From assembly GCA_965287045.1 (NCBI GenBank), contig OZ336887.1, positions 27,838,001 through 27,902,000 on the forward strand: 64,000 nt of DNA, read 5' to 3'. Each line of letters starts with the position of its first letter. Position 1 is the first letter of the stretch. Position numbers and translations under genes: made by a program. Origin of the DNA: Carcharhinus amblyrhynchos. Lineage: Eukaryota. The notes beneath the pieces were generated by a model. That model did not search any database and was not told the DNA's origin. It worked only from the letters and a program-made list of their open reading frames with translations. This document shows, piece after piece, positions 11,828 to 24,640 of the stretch.

Positions 11828-13067
11828 TTAATTTCTGGTGGCTTAATTCAGGTATTCCATTGATCAGAATTCCCTTCCAAGTATAATTCAAATTCTTTTC
11901 GGTCCCAAACAGCTTTGGTCCAAACACAAATCCCTTCCCCTATCCCCCACAGGGCCATCTGTCACTTGTTCTTATATACTGCCTTCACCGAACACTTTGT
12001 TCTCCTATTACACATTCTGCCATCTTACCTTTATGCCACTATCAGTGCCTTCTATATTCTTTAACACTGCCATTGATGCTTGCTCTGTCTTGTGCCCCAA
12101 TATTGACGATCGACAATTGACTATGGAATGATTTGCAATAAGCATAGCAACTTAAATTCTCAGCCCTGTAGAACAAATACCGAGATTTTTTGCCACTCAT
12201 TTATTAGAAGAAATCATATTATTATGTAGTATAGTAAGATCACAGTAAATTTCTCACTGTAAAATATGCTTAAAGAGTAATTCCAAAATCAGTACACCCT
12301 ATGTTTGAATGGAAGCATGTTATGATGCTTAATCTTATTAAATTCAGTGAATTGAATTATGCTGAGGGTTTGACCCGATGAGAGAGAGCTTTCTCCTTTG
12401 GAGCTGTCATACAATTCTTAGTATAAAAAAGGAAGAACAAAATAGAATTCGTATAGCACCTTCCATAACCTCAGGACATCCCAAAGAACTTCAGTAGTTT
12501 TGAAGACAGCTCCTGGTTTGTGCAATTGTCAATTAAAAAGGAAGGAAAGCTTGTAGAAGGTGACATGTTGGCAATCTCCTTTTATCAGCCTGAATCTACA
12601 CTAACTTTTTGAACAAATGCTCACTGGATCACAATGAAGGCAAACATATCAGCAGGTATTCAATTACACCTTGTTGCAGAACAGTTGGCCAAAAAAAAAG
12701 CTTTCCTTTAACATGAATTTACACATGCACCAAATTAGCTTAGGTGCAGTCATTATAAATTGAGAATAATGGACTGGCACTAAATTGTCATTCGAAATGC
12801 CATATCACAGCTGGTGGAAAAAATTGAAATATATCATGGTGGCATAATCAAGGTGTATCTTTGAAGAATTTTTTATCGAGGGAAAGTTTTTGTTCACACA
12901 ATTTACTTCCTACACTGTGGAGGCTCCCTGAATCACAGCACTGGCACTTTGGATGCCTTCGATTGGATCTTGGATAAGGAGCAATATCACCAGCATCAGT
13001 ATCAACAGCAGCCCGCTCCTGAGAGACCTGGAGCTGGACAATAGGGAAGCAGAAGAGAGGGGAGCCT

Positions 13068-13375
13068 AATCATAGAATCCCCACTGCAGAAGGATGCCAT
13101 TTGGCCCATGGAGCCTGCGCCAATAACAATCCCACCTCGGCCTGGTCCCACAGTGCCATGCATTTACCATGCTGGTCCCCCTGACACTAAGGGACAATTT
13201 AACATGGCCAATCAACCTAACCCATACATCTTTAGACTGTGGGAGGAAACTGGAACACCCAGAGGAAGCCTGTGCGGACACAGGGAGAATGTGCAAACTC
13301 CACACGCTCACCCAAAGCTGGAATTGAGCATGGCTCCCTAGCACTGTGAGGCAGCAGTGCTAACCACTGTGCCAA
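13068..13375 (-). mobile_element. HE1-type tRNA-derived SINE
   Basis: Minus strand: tggcacagtggttagcactgctgcctcacag head, fish V-SINE-type core, CR1-like tail; 5-bp TSD agcct at 13063-67 and 13376-80. Confidence 0.9.
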
Positions 13376-14133
13376 AGCCTTCCAGCTTAATCCTCCCAAT
13401 GCCACTGACACAAAGCTCTCTTGCAAACAACTATCCAACTATCCCTTGCTTATCTCCACAGTGGTTCCCATCAATTCATGTCTTTCCATTCATCATTAAA
13501 CAAGTTAAAAGGTGACATACGAACTAATAACAGGAATGGGATAAGATGGGATTGTGTTACAGAAAATTAACATTTATGTGCTTTAATGTATCTGGTGGAA
13601 ATTTAACATACATTTTATTACATCAAGATGCATTGCTTTTTTTTATCCTTCCACTGCTACAATGTGCAACCCCTGTAGTTTGAGCAGAGCTAGAAACAGG
13701 TTGTTCAGACTCTTCCTCTGACTCTGACAAGTTGCGTTTGGCTGATGGCCTCTGGCCCACCAGGGCCCTGCCAAAGACTGCTGTATCTGCACTTTTGCAC
13801 GGACAGGCTCAGCCATAGAAACATAAGGCTGCATATTAGATGCCAACTGAGATGTGGGAGTGTGGAGCAATAAGCAAAAAACAGAACACTTCCTCATGGC
13901 CATGATCCCTCTAGCTAGCATTCCTTTCATGGCCCAGTTGTTTAAATTGCTTCCTTGCTTCTGGAGAGCACTTCACTGTAGATCAGGGTGGCATTGGATG
14001 GCCAAGGTCATTGCCATCCTGTTGGCAGCAAGTGTGTTGTCAGCCAGAATGTACATGGTCATGTTCAAGGCATGAGCATGGATTCAGTTAATTGCAGTGC
14101 TTGGCATTTCACAGAGTTGGCCACCATATCCAT

Positions 14134-14291
14134 AGTAAGAAGTCTCACAACACCAACTCACCTGATGAAGGGGCAGTGCTCTGAAATCTAGTGGCTTTTG
14201 CTACCAAATAAACCTGTTGGACTTTAGCCTGGTGTTGTGAGACTTCTTACTATGTTTATCCCAGTCCAACGCTGGCATCTCCACATCATGA
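14134..14291 (+). mobile_element. Penelope-like element terminal fragment with 5' inverted segment
   Basis: Perfect 25-bp inverted repeat 14131-14155 / 14230-14254; flanking direct repeat ccaccatatccat (14121) / ccgccatatccat (14292); hammerhead motif inside. Confidence 0.8.
14159..14193 (+). ncRNA. Minimal type-I hammerhead ribozyme motif (Penelope-associated, probably degenerate)
   Basis: CAC-CUGAUGA-A-GGGGC-AGU-GCUCU-GAAA-UC-UA-GUG: stem I CAC/GUG, both core boxes intact, stem II with G.U pairs; stem III palindrome AGCU altered to AUCU. Confidence 0.7.
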
Positions 14292-14964
14292 CCGCCATAT
14301 CCATGCCAGCAGACATCATCACGATGCCCAGCCACATTAACGCACTCATGCTTCAGTCAGACACCTCCATTCTGTCTGATACCTTGATCATTGGAATTGG
14401 AAAATCTCCCAGTGTCTTTCATATATTCTGCTGGTCAATGATTCTCCTTTTCAACAATGCCGTCCCCCCACCACACTCACACTCCCACCTCCCGTATTCA
14501 GTTGAGCAGACTTGCAGAGAGCTGTGGCCTCTGATGCAAAATCCTCACTGTTGCAGCTGCCACCACGATCTGCCCTGAGCTCATTTGTGAATAGTGAATC
14601 ATCACGTGTAAAAGCCCACTCTCCAACCAACTGGCCCTGCCTGATGTGTGAGCACCTGAACTGGTGCAGGGTGCTTGTTTGTGGTGGAGTGGCCCGCACA
14701 CTAATGGATTGAGCTGCTCCAAGGTATCATTGTCTTTGACAGCTTGTGGCTTCTGCTGCATGCTGGAAAGCCCTGTCAAAGATAAAAGATATGAACTGGT
14801 CAGGCAAGGAAAAAATGTTGCAGCTTATTATTATGAATGTGATCATATGTCACTCACTGTTGAAATCAAGTCAGCAAGAGTCCCATAAGTAGGTCACTGA
14901 TATTTAATTATGTCACCATGCAGATGAGAGATCCCTACATTCACGCCCTTTGACCAGGGATACC

Positions 14965-15545
14965 AAAACTCCACTGATCTCCAGAATGTCCTCCCCTGCA
15001 CTTGCTAGGAGACCTGTGGAGGCTTTCTTCCAGTTCTATGCTCTTCCTCATCTGTGCTCCCTTCTCTTGCAATCAGGGAAAGGACTGATCTTATGTAATG
15101 GCATGTATTCACTTGTTGGGTGCTGTACATTTGGTGAGGGTGACTATAATTGTGAAGGTAAAGTTGTATTAGACGGAAAATATAGTGAGGAGAGGAATTA
15201 CATAGAAAGAGAAAGATGGGCAGAAGTGTATGATGGGTGTGAGAATTGACGTGACAGAGTAAGCTTGAAAAGGAAGGGTATTGGGTGATGTGCACAGCAG
15301 AATGAAGGTGCAAATTCAACTGTATGCACCATTCCTGACCTGCTTAAGACCGAACAAAGAACAAAACAAAGTACAGCACAGGAACAAGCCCTTTGGTCTT
15401 CCAAGCCTGTGTCGCTCATGATGGCTGCCTAAACTAAAAAACCTTCTGCCTTACTGAGTCAGTATCCCTTTATTCCCTCCAACTCATTGAAAAATGCTCT
15501 CCACAGAGTCCATGGGCATGGCATCATCTCCTTGTGGCTGACATC
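14965..15545 (-). mobile_element. Remnant of a Harbinger-associated Myb/SANT-like gene (two decayed exons)
   Basis: Minus-strand peptides VSHKEMMPCPWTLWRAFFNE...LSRSG and EKGAQ..EHRTGRKPPQVS*..GEDILEISG resemble the Myb/SANT signature RTW.QCRKKFNDL...RTGGGPP; recognised from memory. Confidence 0.5.
15352..15480 (-). mobile_element. CR1 LINE 3' end inserted into the Myb/SANT remnant
   Basis: aacaaagaacaaaacaaagtacagcacaggaacaagcccttt is the reverse complement of the tail at 59560-59600. Confidence 0.75.
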
Positions 15546-17925
15546 TTTAGGTATCTCCAAATCATGCATTTTTGCAGGTTTCTTCCTCCCTTTGCTCTCT
15601 CTCTCTCTACCTCTCTACTCTCCTCTCTGTAGCCCCTCACTGATCCAAGCAACATATCAAGCGAGGCATCACTGAATCACAGTGCAGCCTCTGCCCATCT
15701 GGAATCCATTGTCACTTCTTGTCAGGTATTGCTTCCAACTTCAACTCCTCCAAATTAAATTTTCAAGCACGTCCTTTAAATACTGGAGCATCATTTGTGT
15801 CCGTCACTGCGCATTGGATAGCAAGTTTGAAAATTAAATGTAAATGAGCTGGCTCAGTTAACAAGGCACTGGCAGATGCACAGAACTAATGTCTGTATTT
15901 CCCATGTGATATCAAAATGCACCACTCCGACTTGTCTCTGGGTTAGTTTAATGGTGAAGAGAGAGCTTATGGCTTTGTGGCCACCATGGTTAAACCTGAC
16001 CAGGGATACACACTATAGTATCCTAACGATGCTAGGAGTTGTGGGTTTTAAACAAAAAGAAAAGAATGTGATTTGCACAAGTATATTCAAAATTACAGAT
16101 TTACTGAAGAAGGTGTTGACTGTGCAGAATAGAAAATGAAACTAAGGCAGGAGCTTATGAAACACCCTAATGACATTACCATCAAATCATACGGCCAGCT
16201 CTTAAAGTAATCATGCAACCACTGAAATATATAACATACTATCTTTGGGCCATTCTACTTAACTCAACCTGATGAACAAAAAGTTCACAAAAATGGAAGA
16301 AAAGCAGAATGAATAACTCGCCTTTTCAAAGCAGCTCCAAGTTTTATTTCCTCCACGCTACGATGGTTGATCTCATTTGAGGATCAGTTGAGGAGGTGCT
16401 GCAATGGCCTGGCTGGCTGGAAGTCAGGAGGAGGTGGAAATTGGTTGGCTTTCCTGTTCCTAATCGCTGCCTGGTGACTGCTGTTGGAAGTGTACATCTG
16501 TGGATGTGAAATGAGGACAGATTGGGCATGACTATTACAGCTCACAGTGAAACAGCCTGCCGACACACTCGTCAAATTAAACACTCAATAAATTTTGTTA
16601 CTCTTCAGCTGAAATTGCTTTAATGGCTTTGCAAGCAATTGCCAACTGCTCCTTCATACACTTTTTGTGGAACGAAGCTCTGTTATCTAGTTCTGAATGG
16701 TGATAATTAGGAACCTGTGGAGTCAGATTCCAATGAAGTATTAGTTGGTTGCACTAACTGATAACTTCCTGATTCGGTGTGCTATTTCACTTAGATCAGT
16801 CTTTGAAAATGTGTAAAATCAGCTATTTCAAATATAATGGCGAAATGTATTGCATTAGTGTCGAATACTCCAGATTTAAGCTCATGGATCGCAGCTTCAG
16901 TTTTACAGTATATTGTTCCAATTTATTTTCAATTCCTAAGCTAAAAGAGACCCAATTTTTCACAAATGTTTTCTTCCAAACTGCTCCATGGTCGGGAAAG
17001 GATAGCCTGCGTGCTCGGCTTTTTTTTAAACCTTCTGTACCAATATCTTCTGCCTTCCACTGAAAGTGTCGATCTCTCTTTGTGGTGGCTCTACAGATGC
17101 CCTCCGGTACCTCGTCCAGTTAGCTATTACTCATTTATAATTGGTGCAGTGTGAGTTGGCAGAACAGTCGAGCGCAGGATGGGGAGGCTGGAGGCTGTCA
17201 GTACATAGCAGCCAAGCATAAATGCTGCCCTCACCAGATATCTACACACAAACACACAAGGCGTTGGCAGTTAATGATCAAATGTAGGGCCCTCGGTCAA
17301 CATTACGTTCTCTAACCTGGAGGTGTTGAGGACAATTGTGGCACACCTTTCACATTTCTGGTCTCAGTGAGCTAATTCATCACAAAGTACAGCTTGAACT
17401 TAGGCTTCCTCTGGTCTGGATGTCTCAGCTATGTATTAGATAAAGCCATTGAGAGAGCCTGACTTCATCCCGTTAATCAGAGGTCATATCATCAAACTGG
17501 CTTGTTACCTGATCTGGGCCTGCCTGCTCAATCCCAGGGCAAAATATCAACAGCTAAGTGTATTGCAATACACTTAGATTTATTTGGTTAAAAAAAGTAA
17601 TAGTTTGACATTCGTACTTACCTGGCTTGTAATGGATTCTGAGTTGATTTGATACTTTAATATTCATTTAATATGTTTTCCATGAAGGTAAATTCAGTTT
17701 TTAAAAAAATGTGAAGTTGCAGAGAAGCAGCTGAAATGTTTATAATGGAAAAATACTCTTCATTTCAAAATTCAATATTCCCACATTCCAGACCTACTTG
17801 AAAAAGTGGGCAAGCATCAAACAGATACCAGAGAATCTTACCCATTTAATGTTGGAATGGTTCTCATTCAGAGATATCTTACTTAGATAGATAGACTTAC
17901 TGCCATGGCTTCCATGGCTAAAGCT

Positions 17926-18013
17926 GGGTGTGGGACTGGGGAGCCGGAGGTGTGGGGTGGGAGTGGGAGGAGGGGGGGGTGTGGTTGGGGGGGGGGGGGT
18001 GGCAGGGGTAGGG
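17926..18013 (+). repeat. G-rich tract with G-quadruplex potential
   Basis: About ten G3+ runs with short loops, including two long G homopolymers. Confidence 0.65.
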
Positions 18014-18123
18014 TTCTGATGGAAAGGAATAGTTTTGATGGGCAACTCAGCCAATCACAACACAGAAAGATCAGGAATGGGTCAGAGGTCAAAGTTTTGT
18101 CCTTCATTCACTCTGAAAATGTA

Positions 18124-18257
18124 GGTCAGAATGTTACCATCATTCACGTTGGTGAGATTTTCCCATCCCGCTGCAGTGAACGGAGATTTAGTTGGGCATC
18201 AAATTCTCCAACCTCGCTGCAGGGGTGCATGGAGTGAATGGCCGGAAAGGTCATGCC
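18124..18257 (+). mobile_element. MITE (same family as 9470-11827 and 61519-61654)
   Basis: Core cccgctgcagtgaacggagatttagttgggcatcaaattctcc is shared with the other copies. Confidence 0.7.
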
Positions 18258-18775
18258 CATAGCCTTTGTCAGTTTGGCAACTAAAACACCCAGGTTCAGA
18301 TTTAGGTATCTTACTTTTTAAAGCTGGTGCCAGTCATTTCCACAAATGGTGTCTTATAATGATAGTAACATTAAAGGAGCAAAAAATCTGTAGGAAATTA
18401 ATGATTTCATTACAAGCCTATATCCTGATCGTTCATATATCTTATCCAAAATAAATCTTTTTTGTTCTTCACAGTTGGCTAGATCCCTATAGAGTTTCAT
18501 CAGTTTGTATTCCAAAAAAATAGAAGAATACATGGGGTTGCATTCACATGATTATGGTACAATGCATATTCGCAATAAAGGTGGCATGTTTTAGGATTTC
18601 TTGACCAATTTTCCACAGAATGTATTTCGAAAAAGTAACTTTTCCCGTTGAACTTTTAAAAGCATGGTGCATTAGACTAGTTTCAAAAAGGGGCTGAGAA
18701 AATAGATGATTTAAAGATTCATGAACTAACTATGTTGTTTTATGCGAGCAATTAGGAAAGATGGTCCAACATCTT

Positions 18776-18903
18776 AGCTAGAATTTTACTGTCCTGTCTG
18801 CCACGGGAATCGGAGCAGATGAGGGGAAGATAATGGAAAGGTCCACTGACCTTAGGTGGGATTTTACAGTTTTGAGACCAGCAAGGCCATAAAATCCCAT
18901 CCC
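18776..18903 (+). mobile_element. MITE (same family as 39272-39420)
   Basis: Shared core gaccttaggtgggattttacagttttg...aaaatcccatccc. Confidence 0.65.
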
Positions 18904-19100
18904 TACTCTTCCAGATGACCATATTATGAATGTTCAGCTGAACTCCAAGATGGCCAATACACTCAGCCCTGTAGGCAATGTTGACACATCTTGCAGGGGA
19001 GTGATAGTTTTGTTTTACTACCATCTTTTGTACCTTGTAATAACCTGGCATGGGGGTTAGGCATGCATTTCTACAACACAGATATGGGATTCACAAGACT

Positions 19101-19528
19101 TTTTGATTTGATTTATTATTGTCACATGTACGCAGTGAAAAGTATTGTTACTTGCACACTATACAGACAAAGCATACCGTTCATACAGTACATAGGAGAG
19201 AAAGAAAGGACAATATAGTTACAGTCATAGCTATGTTGTAGAGAAAGATCAACTTAATGCATGGTAGATCCATTCAAAAGTCTGATGGCAGCAGGAAAAA
19301 AACTATTCTCAAGTCAGTTGGTGATCTCAGACTTCTGTATCATTTTTCTGACAGAAGAAGATGGAAGAGAGTATGTCCAGGGTGTGTGGGGTCCTTGATT
19401 ATGCTGGCTGTTTTTCCAAGGCAGCGGGAAATGTAGACTATGGATGGGAGGCTGTTTCGCATGATGGACTGGGCTACGTTCATAACCCTTTGTAGTTTCT
19501 TGCAGTCTTGGTCAGGGCAGGAGCCACA
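19101..19528 (-). mobile_element. Rex1/Babar-type LINE 3' fragment
   Basis: DCKKLQRVMNVAQSI...CLGKTASIIKDPTHPGHTLFHLL peptide and (tttga)n tail; same family as 30214-31449. Confidence 0.85.
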
Positions 19529-19529
19529 G

Positions 19530-20495
19530 TGTGTTCCTGGCATCAAGGGAATGGATATGATTTAAAGGATTCGGGGTCTTTGGGAGTGGGAAGCAGAACA
19601 GCCAGAAGTCATCATTGATGTGGACAGGAAAAGTGTTGCGATCTTGGACACAGAGTTTCATAGGAATTTGGAAAAGAGGGTCTCAAAGGTTGCGATCTTT
19701 GGATTACTCCCAGCCCCATGTACTAGCTACTTTTTTTATTTATATATTCCTTCATGGAATAGGAACATGACTGGCAAGGCTAGCATTTGTTGCCCATCCA
19801 TAATTAGCCTTGAGAAGGTGGCAGTGATTATTAAAGCAGTAAAATAAAACAGCTGGAGCAATGTTGCAGGAGAGAGGACTTCAGATTCCTGGACAAGTTC
19901 TGGACAAGAACGTGTACAAAGTGGACAGGAGCATCTCAGCAAGATTGCGACCAATTCCCTTACAGGGATGTTAATACTCTGGGGGAGGGCTTAACCCATT
20001 TAGCAGGTAGGGGGTCATTCAGATGAAATAACAGAGCAGCAAAGCAAGGTGAACAGAGGACTGGAAGAGCGCAACAGCATTAAAATGAAGACTAAATCAG
20101 AAATAGGAAATTTGGACAAGGGAAAAGTGAGACAGAGTAAGATGGATTTAGAGTCGGTATGTGTAAATGCCCGGAGCATTGTAAATAAGGTTGATAAACT
20201 GCAGGAACAAGATAACAGATAACAGAGGATTGACACATAATATCCCTGGTAACAATATACTTCGGTGAGAGGGGAGTAAAAGAAAATGGGATAATGGTAT
20301 GTGGCAGTATTAATAAAATGAACATTCGCATTAGACCTGGGTGATGCACTTGGGGGTACAAAGAAAGAAACTATGAGGTTAGAGTTAAGGAACAATGAAG
20401 GATATATTACACTCTCATATGTGTATAATAGGCAATCAAATAGTGGAAAGGAGATTGAAGAGAAAGTTTGCAGGCAATTTGCAGAAAGATGCTGA
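19530..20495 (+). mobile_element. Old CR1 LINE, 5' part (ORF1 SGNH-esterase remnant plus endonuclease start)
   Basis: EQPEVI..., SKVAIFGLLPAP (ORF1 esterase) and VCVNARSIVNKVDKL (APE endonuclease start); short LINE-tail insertion at about 19730-19830. Confidence 0.7.
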
Positions 20496-20499
20496 AACT

Positions 20500-23158
20500 T
20501 TTGTGTGGCAAAAATGGGGGTTTAAACTGGCTTGTGGGTGAGTTTGCATTGTTAATAAGGAATGAAGTTAAATTAATAGCGAGAAGTGATATAGGATCAG
20601 AAGGCATAGAATCTCTGTGGGTAGAGTTGAGGAATCGCAAAGGTAAACGATGGGAGTTATGTACAGGCCCCCTTGCAGTAGTCAGGATGTGGGGCAGGAA
20701 ATAAATCAGGAGATAGAAAAGGCATATAAAAAAGGCAATATTACAATAATCATGGGGGACTTCAATATGCAGGTGGACTGGGAAAATCAGGTGGGTAGTG
20801 GATCCCAAGAAAAGGAATTTGTGGAATGTCTAAGAGATGGTTATTTTTGGAGCAGCTTGTGACAGAGCCCACTAAGGAAATAGCTATTCTGGATTTGGTG
20901 ATGTGTAATGAGGCAGACTTGATTGGGGAACTTAAGGTGAAGGACCCCTTAGGGAGCAGTGACCACAGTATGATAAAATTTACCCTGCAGTTTGAGAGGA
21001 AGAAGCTGGAGTCAAATGTAATGGTATTACAATTAAATAAAGGTAACTGCAAAGACATAAGGGAGGAACTGGCCAGAGTTGATTGGAAAGAGAGCCTATC
21101 AGGGAAGACAGTGGAACAGCAATGGCAGGAGTTTTTGAGAGTTATTCGGGAGGCACAATAGAAATTCATCCCTAGGAGGAGGTAACATGCTGAGGGGAGG
21201 ACAAGGCATCCATGGCTGATGAGGGAAGTCAAACATCAAAAGAAAAAGCATACAAAGAGGCAAGGATTAGTGGAAAGCCAGAGGATTCACTTTAAAAGTG
21301 AGCAGAGGACAATGATAAAAGCAATAACGGGGGAAGAGGTGAAAAATGAGTGTAAGCTAGCTAGTAATATGAAAGAAGACAGGAAGAGTGTTTTTCAATA
21401 TATAAAGGGAAAGAGAGAGGCAAAAATAGCCATTAGACCACTGGAAAATGAGGCTGGAGAAGTAATAATAGAAAACAAAACAATGGCAGAGGAACTGAAT
21501 AGTTACTTTGCATCAGTCTTCATGGTGGAAGACACCAGAGGGATGTCAGAGCTCCAGGAGAATTGGGGACACGGGTGAGTGTAATGGCCATCACTAAGGA
21601 GAAGTTTCTGGGGAAACTGAAAGGTTTGAAGGTGGATAAATCACCTGGACTGGATGGATTACACCCCAGGGTTCTAAAAGAGATAGCTGAGGAAATTGTG
21701 GAGGCATTGGTGGTGATCTTTCAGGAATCATTGGAGGCAGGGAGAGTACCAGACTGGAAAGTAACTAATGTAACACCGCTCTTTAAGAAGGGAGGAAGGC
21801 AGCAGATGGAAAATTATAGGCCGGTTAGCCTGACCTCAGTCATTGGCAAGATTTTAGAGTCCATTATTGAAGATGAGGCCGCAGAGTACTTGGAAGTGCA
21901 TGATAAAGTAGGACTGAGTCAGCACGGCTTCGTCAAGGGGAGAGTATGTCTGACAAATCTGTTAGAGTTCTTTGAGGAGGTAACAAGGAAGTTAGATAAA
22001 GGAGAACCAGTCAATGTGATTTCCAGAAGGCCTTTGACAAGATGCCGCATAGGAGACTGTTAAATAAGTTAAGTGGCCATGGTGTTAAGGATAAGACCCT
22101 GGCATGGATGGAGGATTGGCTGACTGGCAGAAGGCAGAGAGTGGGGATAAAGAGGTCTTTTTCAGGATGGCAGCCAGTGACTAGTGGTATGTCTCAGGGG
22201 TCAGTGCTGGGACCAGAACTTTTCACAATATACATTAACAATTTGGAGGAAGGAACTGAAGGCACTGTTGCTAAGTTTGCAAATGATACAAAGATATATA
22301 GAAGGACAGGCAGTATTGAGGAAGTAGGGGGTTGCAGAGGGACTTGGACAGGTTAGGAGAGTGGGCAAAGAAGTGGCAGATTGAATAAAATGTGGAAAAG
22401 TGTGAGGTTATGCACTTTGGAAGGAGGAATGGGGGCATAGACTATTTTCTAAATTGGGAAATGCTTAGGAAATCTGAAACACAAAGGGAATTGGGAGTCA
22501 TTGTTCACGATTCTCTTAAGGTTAATGTGCAGGTTCAGTCGGCAGTTAGGAAGGCAAATGCAATGTTCGCATTCATGTTGAGAGGGCGAGAATACAAGAA
22601 CAGGGATGTGCTTCTGAGGCTGTATAAGGCTCTGGTCAGACCCCATGTGGTGGCCTTGGAAAGGATCTGGAGGAGGTTCACAAGAATGATCCCTGGAATG
22701 AAGAGCTTGATGTATGAGGAACGGTTGAGGACTCAGTGCCTGTACCCTTTGGAATTTAGAAGGATGAGGCAGGATCTTATTGTAGCTTTCAGGATATTGC
22801 AAAGCCTGGATAGAGTGGATGTGGAGAGGATGTTTCCACTAGTTGGAAAAACTAGAACCAGAGGGCACAACCTCAGGCTAAAGGGATGGTCTTTTAAAAC
22901 AGAGATGTGGAGGAATTTCTTCAGCCAGAGAGTTGTGAATCTGTGGAACTCTTTGTCACAGAAGTCTGTGGAAGCTAAGCCATTGAGTGTCTTTAAGACA
23001 GAGATAGATAGGTTCTTGATTAATAAGAGGACCAGGAGTTATGGGGAAAGGGCAGGAGAATGGGGATGAGAAAAGTATCAGCCATGATTGAACGGTGGAG
23101 CAGAACCAATGGGTCGAGTATCCTAATTCTGCTCCTATATCTTATGGTCTTATGGCCT
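20500..23158 (+). mobile_element. 5'-truncated CR1/HER1 LINE (endonuclease, RT, 3' UTR), non-functional
   Basis: Frames give IIMGDFN, LGSSDH, KSPGLDGLHPRVLKE, NYRPVSLTS, SQHGFVKG, QGSVLGP and FAND (mutated catalytic motif); tail ctgctcctatatcttatggtcttatgg; many frameshifts. Confidence 0.97.
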
Positions 23159-23729
23159 ACAAAGAGGAGGTACTTAAAAGTTTGGTAGCACTGAAGGCAA
23201 AAGCATCATTTGATCTGGGTGAGACGTTTCATATGTTGCTGAGAAAAGTAAAGCTGGAAATTGTGGAGTCTCTAGCAAGAATCTTCCTTGAATATTGGTG
23301 TGATGCCAGAGGACTGGAGAACTGCAAATGTTATACCCCTTTGTAAAACAGAAAACAGCAAAGTGGGTTATCCTGGCAACGCAAGTTAAAGTCAGCTTAA
23401 ATTCAGTATTGAGAAAAGTCTTTGGGACGTTAATCCAGGACAGAATTAACTGGTATGTGGAAAAATATGGGTTAATAAATAAAAGTCAGCATGGATTTGT
23501 TAAAGGAAAATTGTGTTTGACTAAGTTGATTGAGTTCTTTGATAAAGTTACAGAGAGGGTGGATGAGGGTTGTATGGCTGATGTTGTGTAAATAGATTTT
23601 CAAAAGGCATTTGATAAAATGCCAGATAATAGACTTGCTGGCAAAATTAAAGCCCGTGTGATTAAAGGGCAGTGGCAGCTTGAATATGAAATTAGTTGGA
23701 TAATATAAAGCAGAGAGCAGTTGTGAACT

Positions 23730-23825
23730 GAAAACAGAAAATACTGATTAAACATAGCAGGTTTGGCAGCGTCTGTGGAGAGAGAAACACAGTTAATGTT
23801 TCGAGTTCAATGGCCTTTCCCAGTT
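23730..23825 (-). mobile_element. Penelope-like terminal fragment (second family) with decayed hammerhead half
   Basis: aaacagaaaatactg...gcaggtttggcagcgtctgtggagagagaaacacagttaatgtttcgag; minus strand retains CTC-GAAA-CA-TT-AAC; opposite-orientation relatives at 24843-24912 and 39430-39490. Confidence 0.55.
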
Positions 23826-23932
23826 GCTTTTCAAACAAGAGGAAAATATCCATTGTTGTCCTCCAGAGTCAATGTTAGGACCACTGCTCTTTTTGATATA
23901 TATTAATGACCTGTACTTAAGCATACAACATC

Positions 23933-24073
23933 TGGTTAAGTGCATTGGCCATACTAAATTCTCCCTCAGTGTACCCAAACAGGCGCCAGAGTGTGGCGAC
24001 TAGAGGATTTTCACAGGAACTTCATTGCAGTGTTAACATAAGCCTACTTGTGACATTATTAAATAAACTTTAA
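23933..24073 (+). mobile_element. 3' half of HE1-related SINE with the alternative tail
   Basis: Reverse complement of 52582-52725 and 59110-59245. Confidence 0.8.
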
Positions 24074-24640
24074 AATAATTTCAAATATTGTCGATGATAT
24101 TAAAATCAAATAGATAGTAAACCGTGGGGATGATAGACTTCAGGAGGATATAGTCAGCCTGGTGAAATGGGAAGACAATGGAAGATGAAACTTAACACAG
24201 TGAAGGTAATTTTGATAGGCAGAATGGGGAAAGGCAATATAAACTACCTGGTACAATTTTAAAGGGGATGTAGGCACCTGGGAGTTTAAATACACAAATC
24301 TCTAAAGGTGATTGAAAGAGTTGAGAAAGCTGGAAAAAAGATATAGTGGCTGCTTGACTTTATAAACAGAGGAATAGAGTACAAAAGAAAAGAGGTCATG
24401 CAGACCCTTTAGGAAACATGGGTTGGACCCCAGCTGGAGCACCATGGTGGCTCTTGGACTTTAGAAAGGATGTCAAACCTTTCAACAAGATGCAATGGTG
24501 ATTCAGTGGAATGTAATGACAGATGAAATATTTCTGTTATGTGGAGAAACCAGAGAAACTGACAAAAGCCAAGGCAGTGTCAATGCTGGACATCTGAGCA
24601 AAAAAGACATGTAAGATGCAAGGTAATTGAGCTAAAGCGT

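Noticed and set aside
9398-11927. Long ORFs of 791, 782, 628 and 325 aa on both strands
   Set aside because: The repeat unit has no stop codon in any frame. The peptides just cycle through three frames as C-run length varies, so there is no evidence of coding.
17615-17627. TACTTACCTGGC resembling the U1 snRNA 5' end
   Set aside because: Downstream sequence does not continue as U1. It is just a consensus donor site on the minus strand.
20468-23069. Run of ORFs resembling an operon with an RT gene
   Set aside because: These are frameshifted pieces of a single CR1 ORF2, and the catalytic motif is mutated to FAND.
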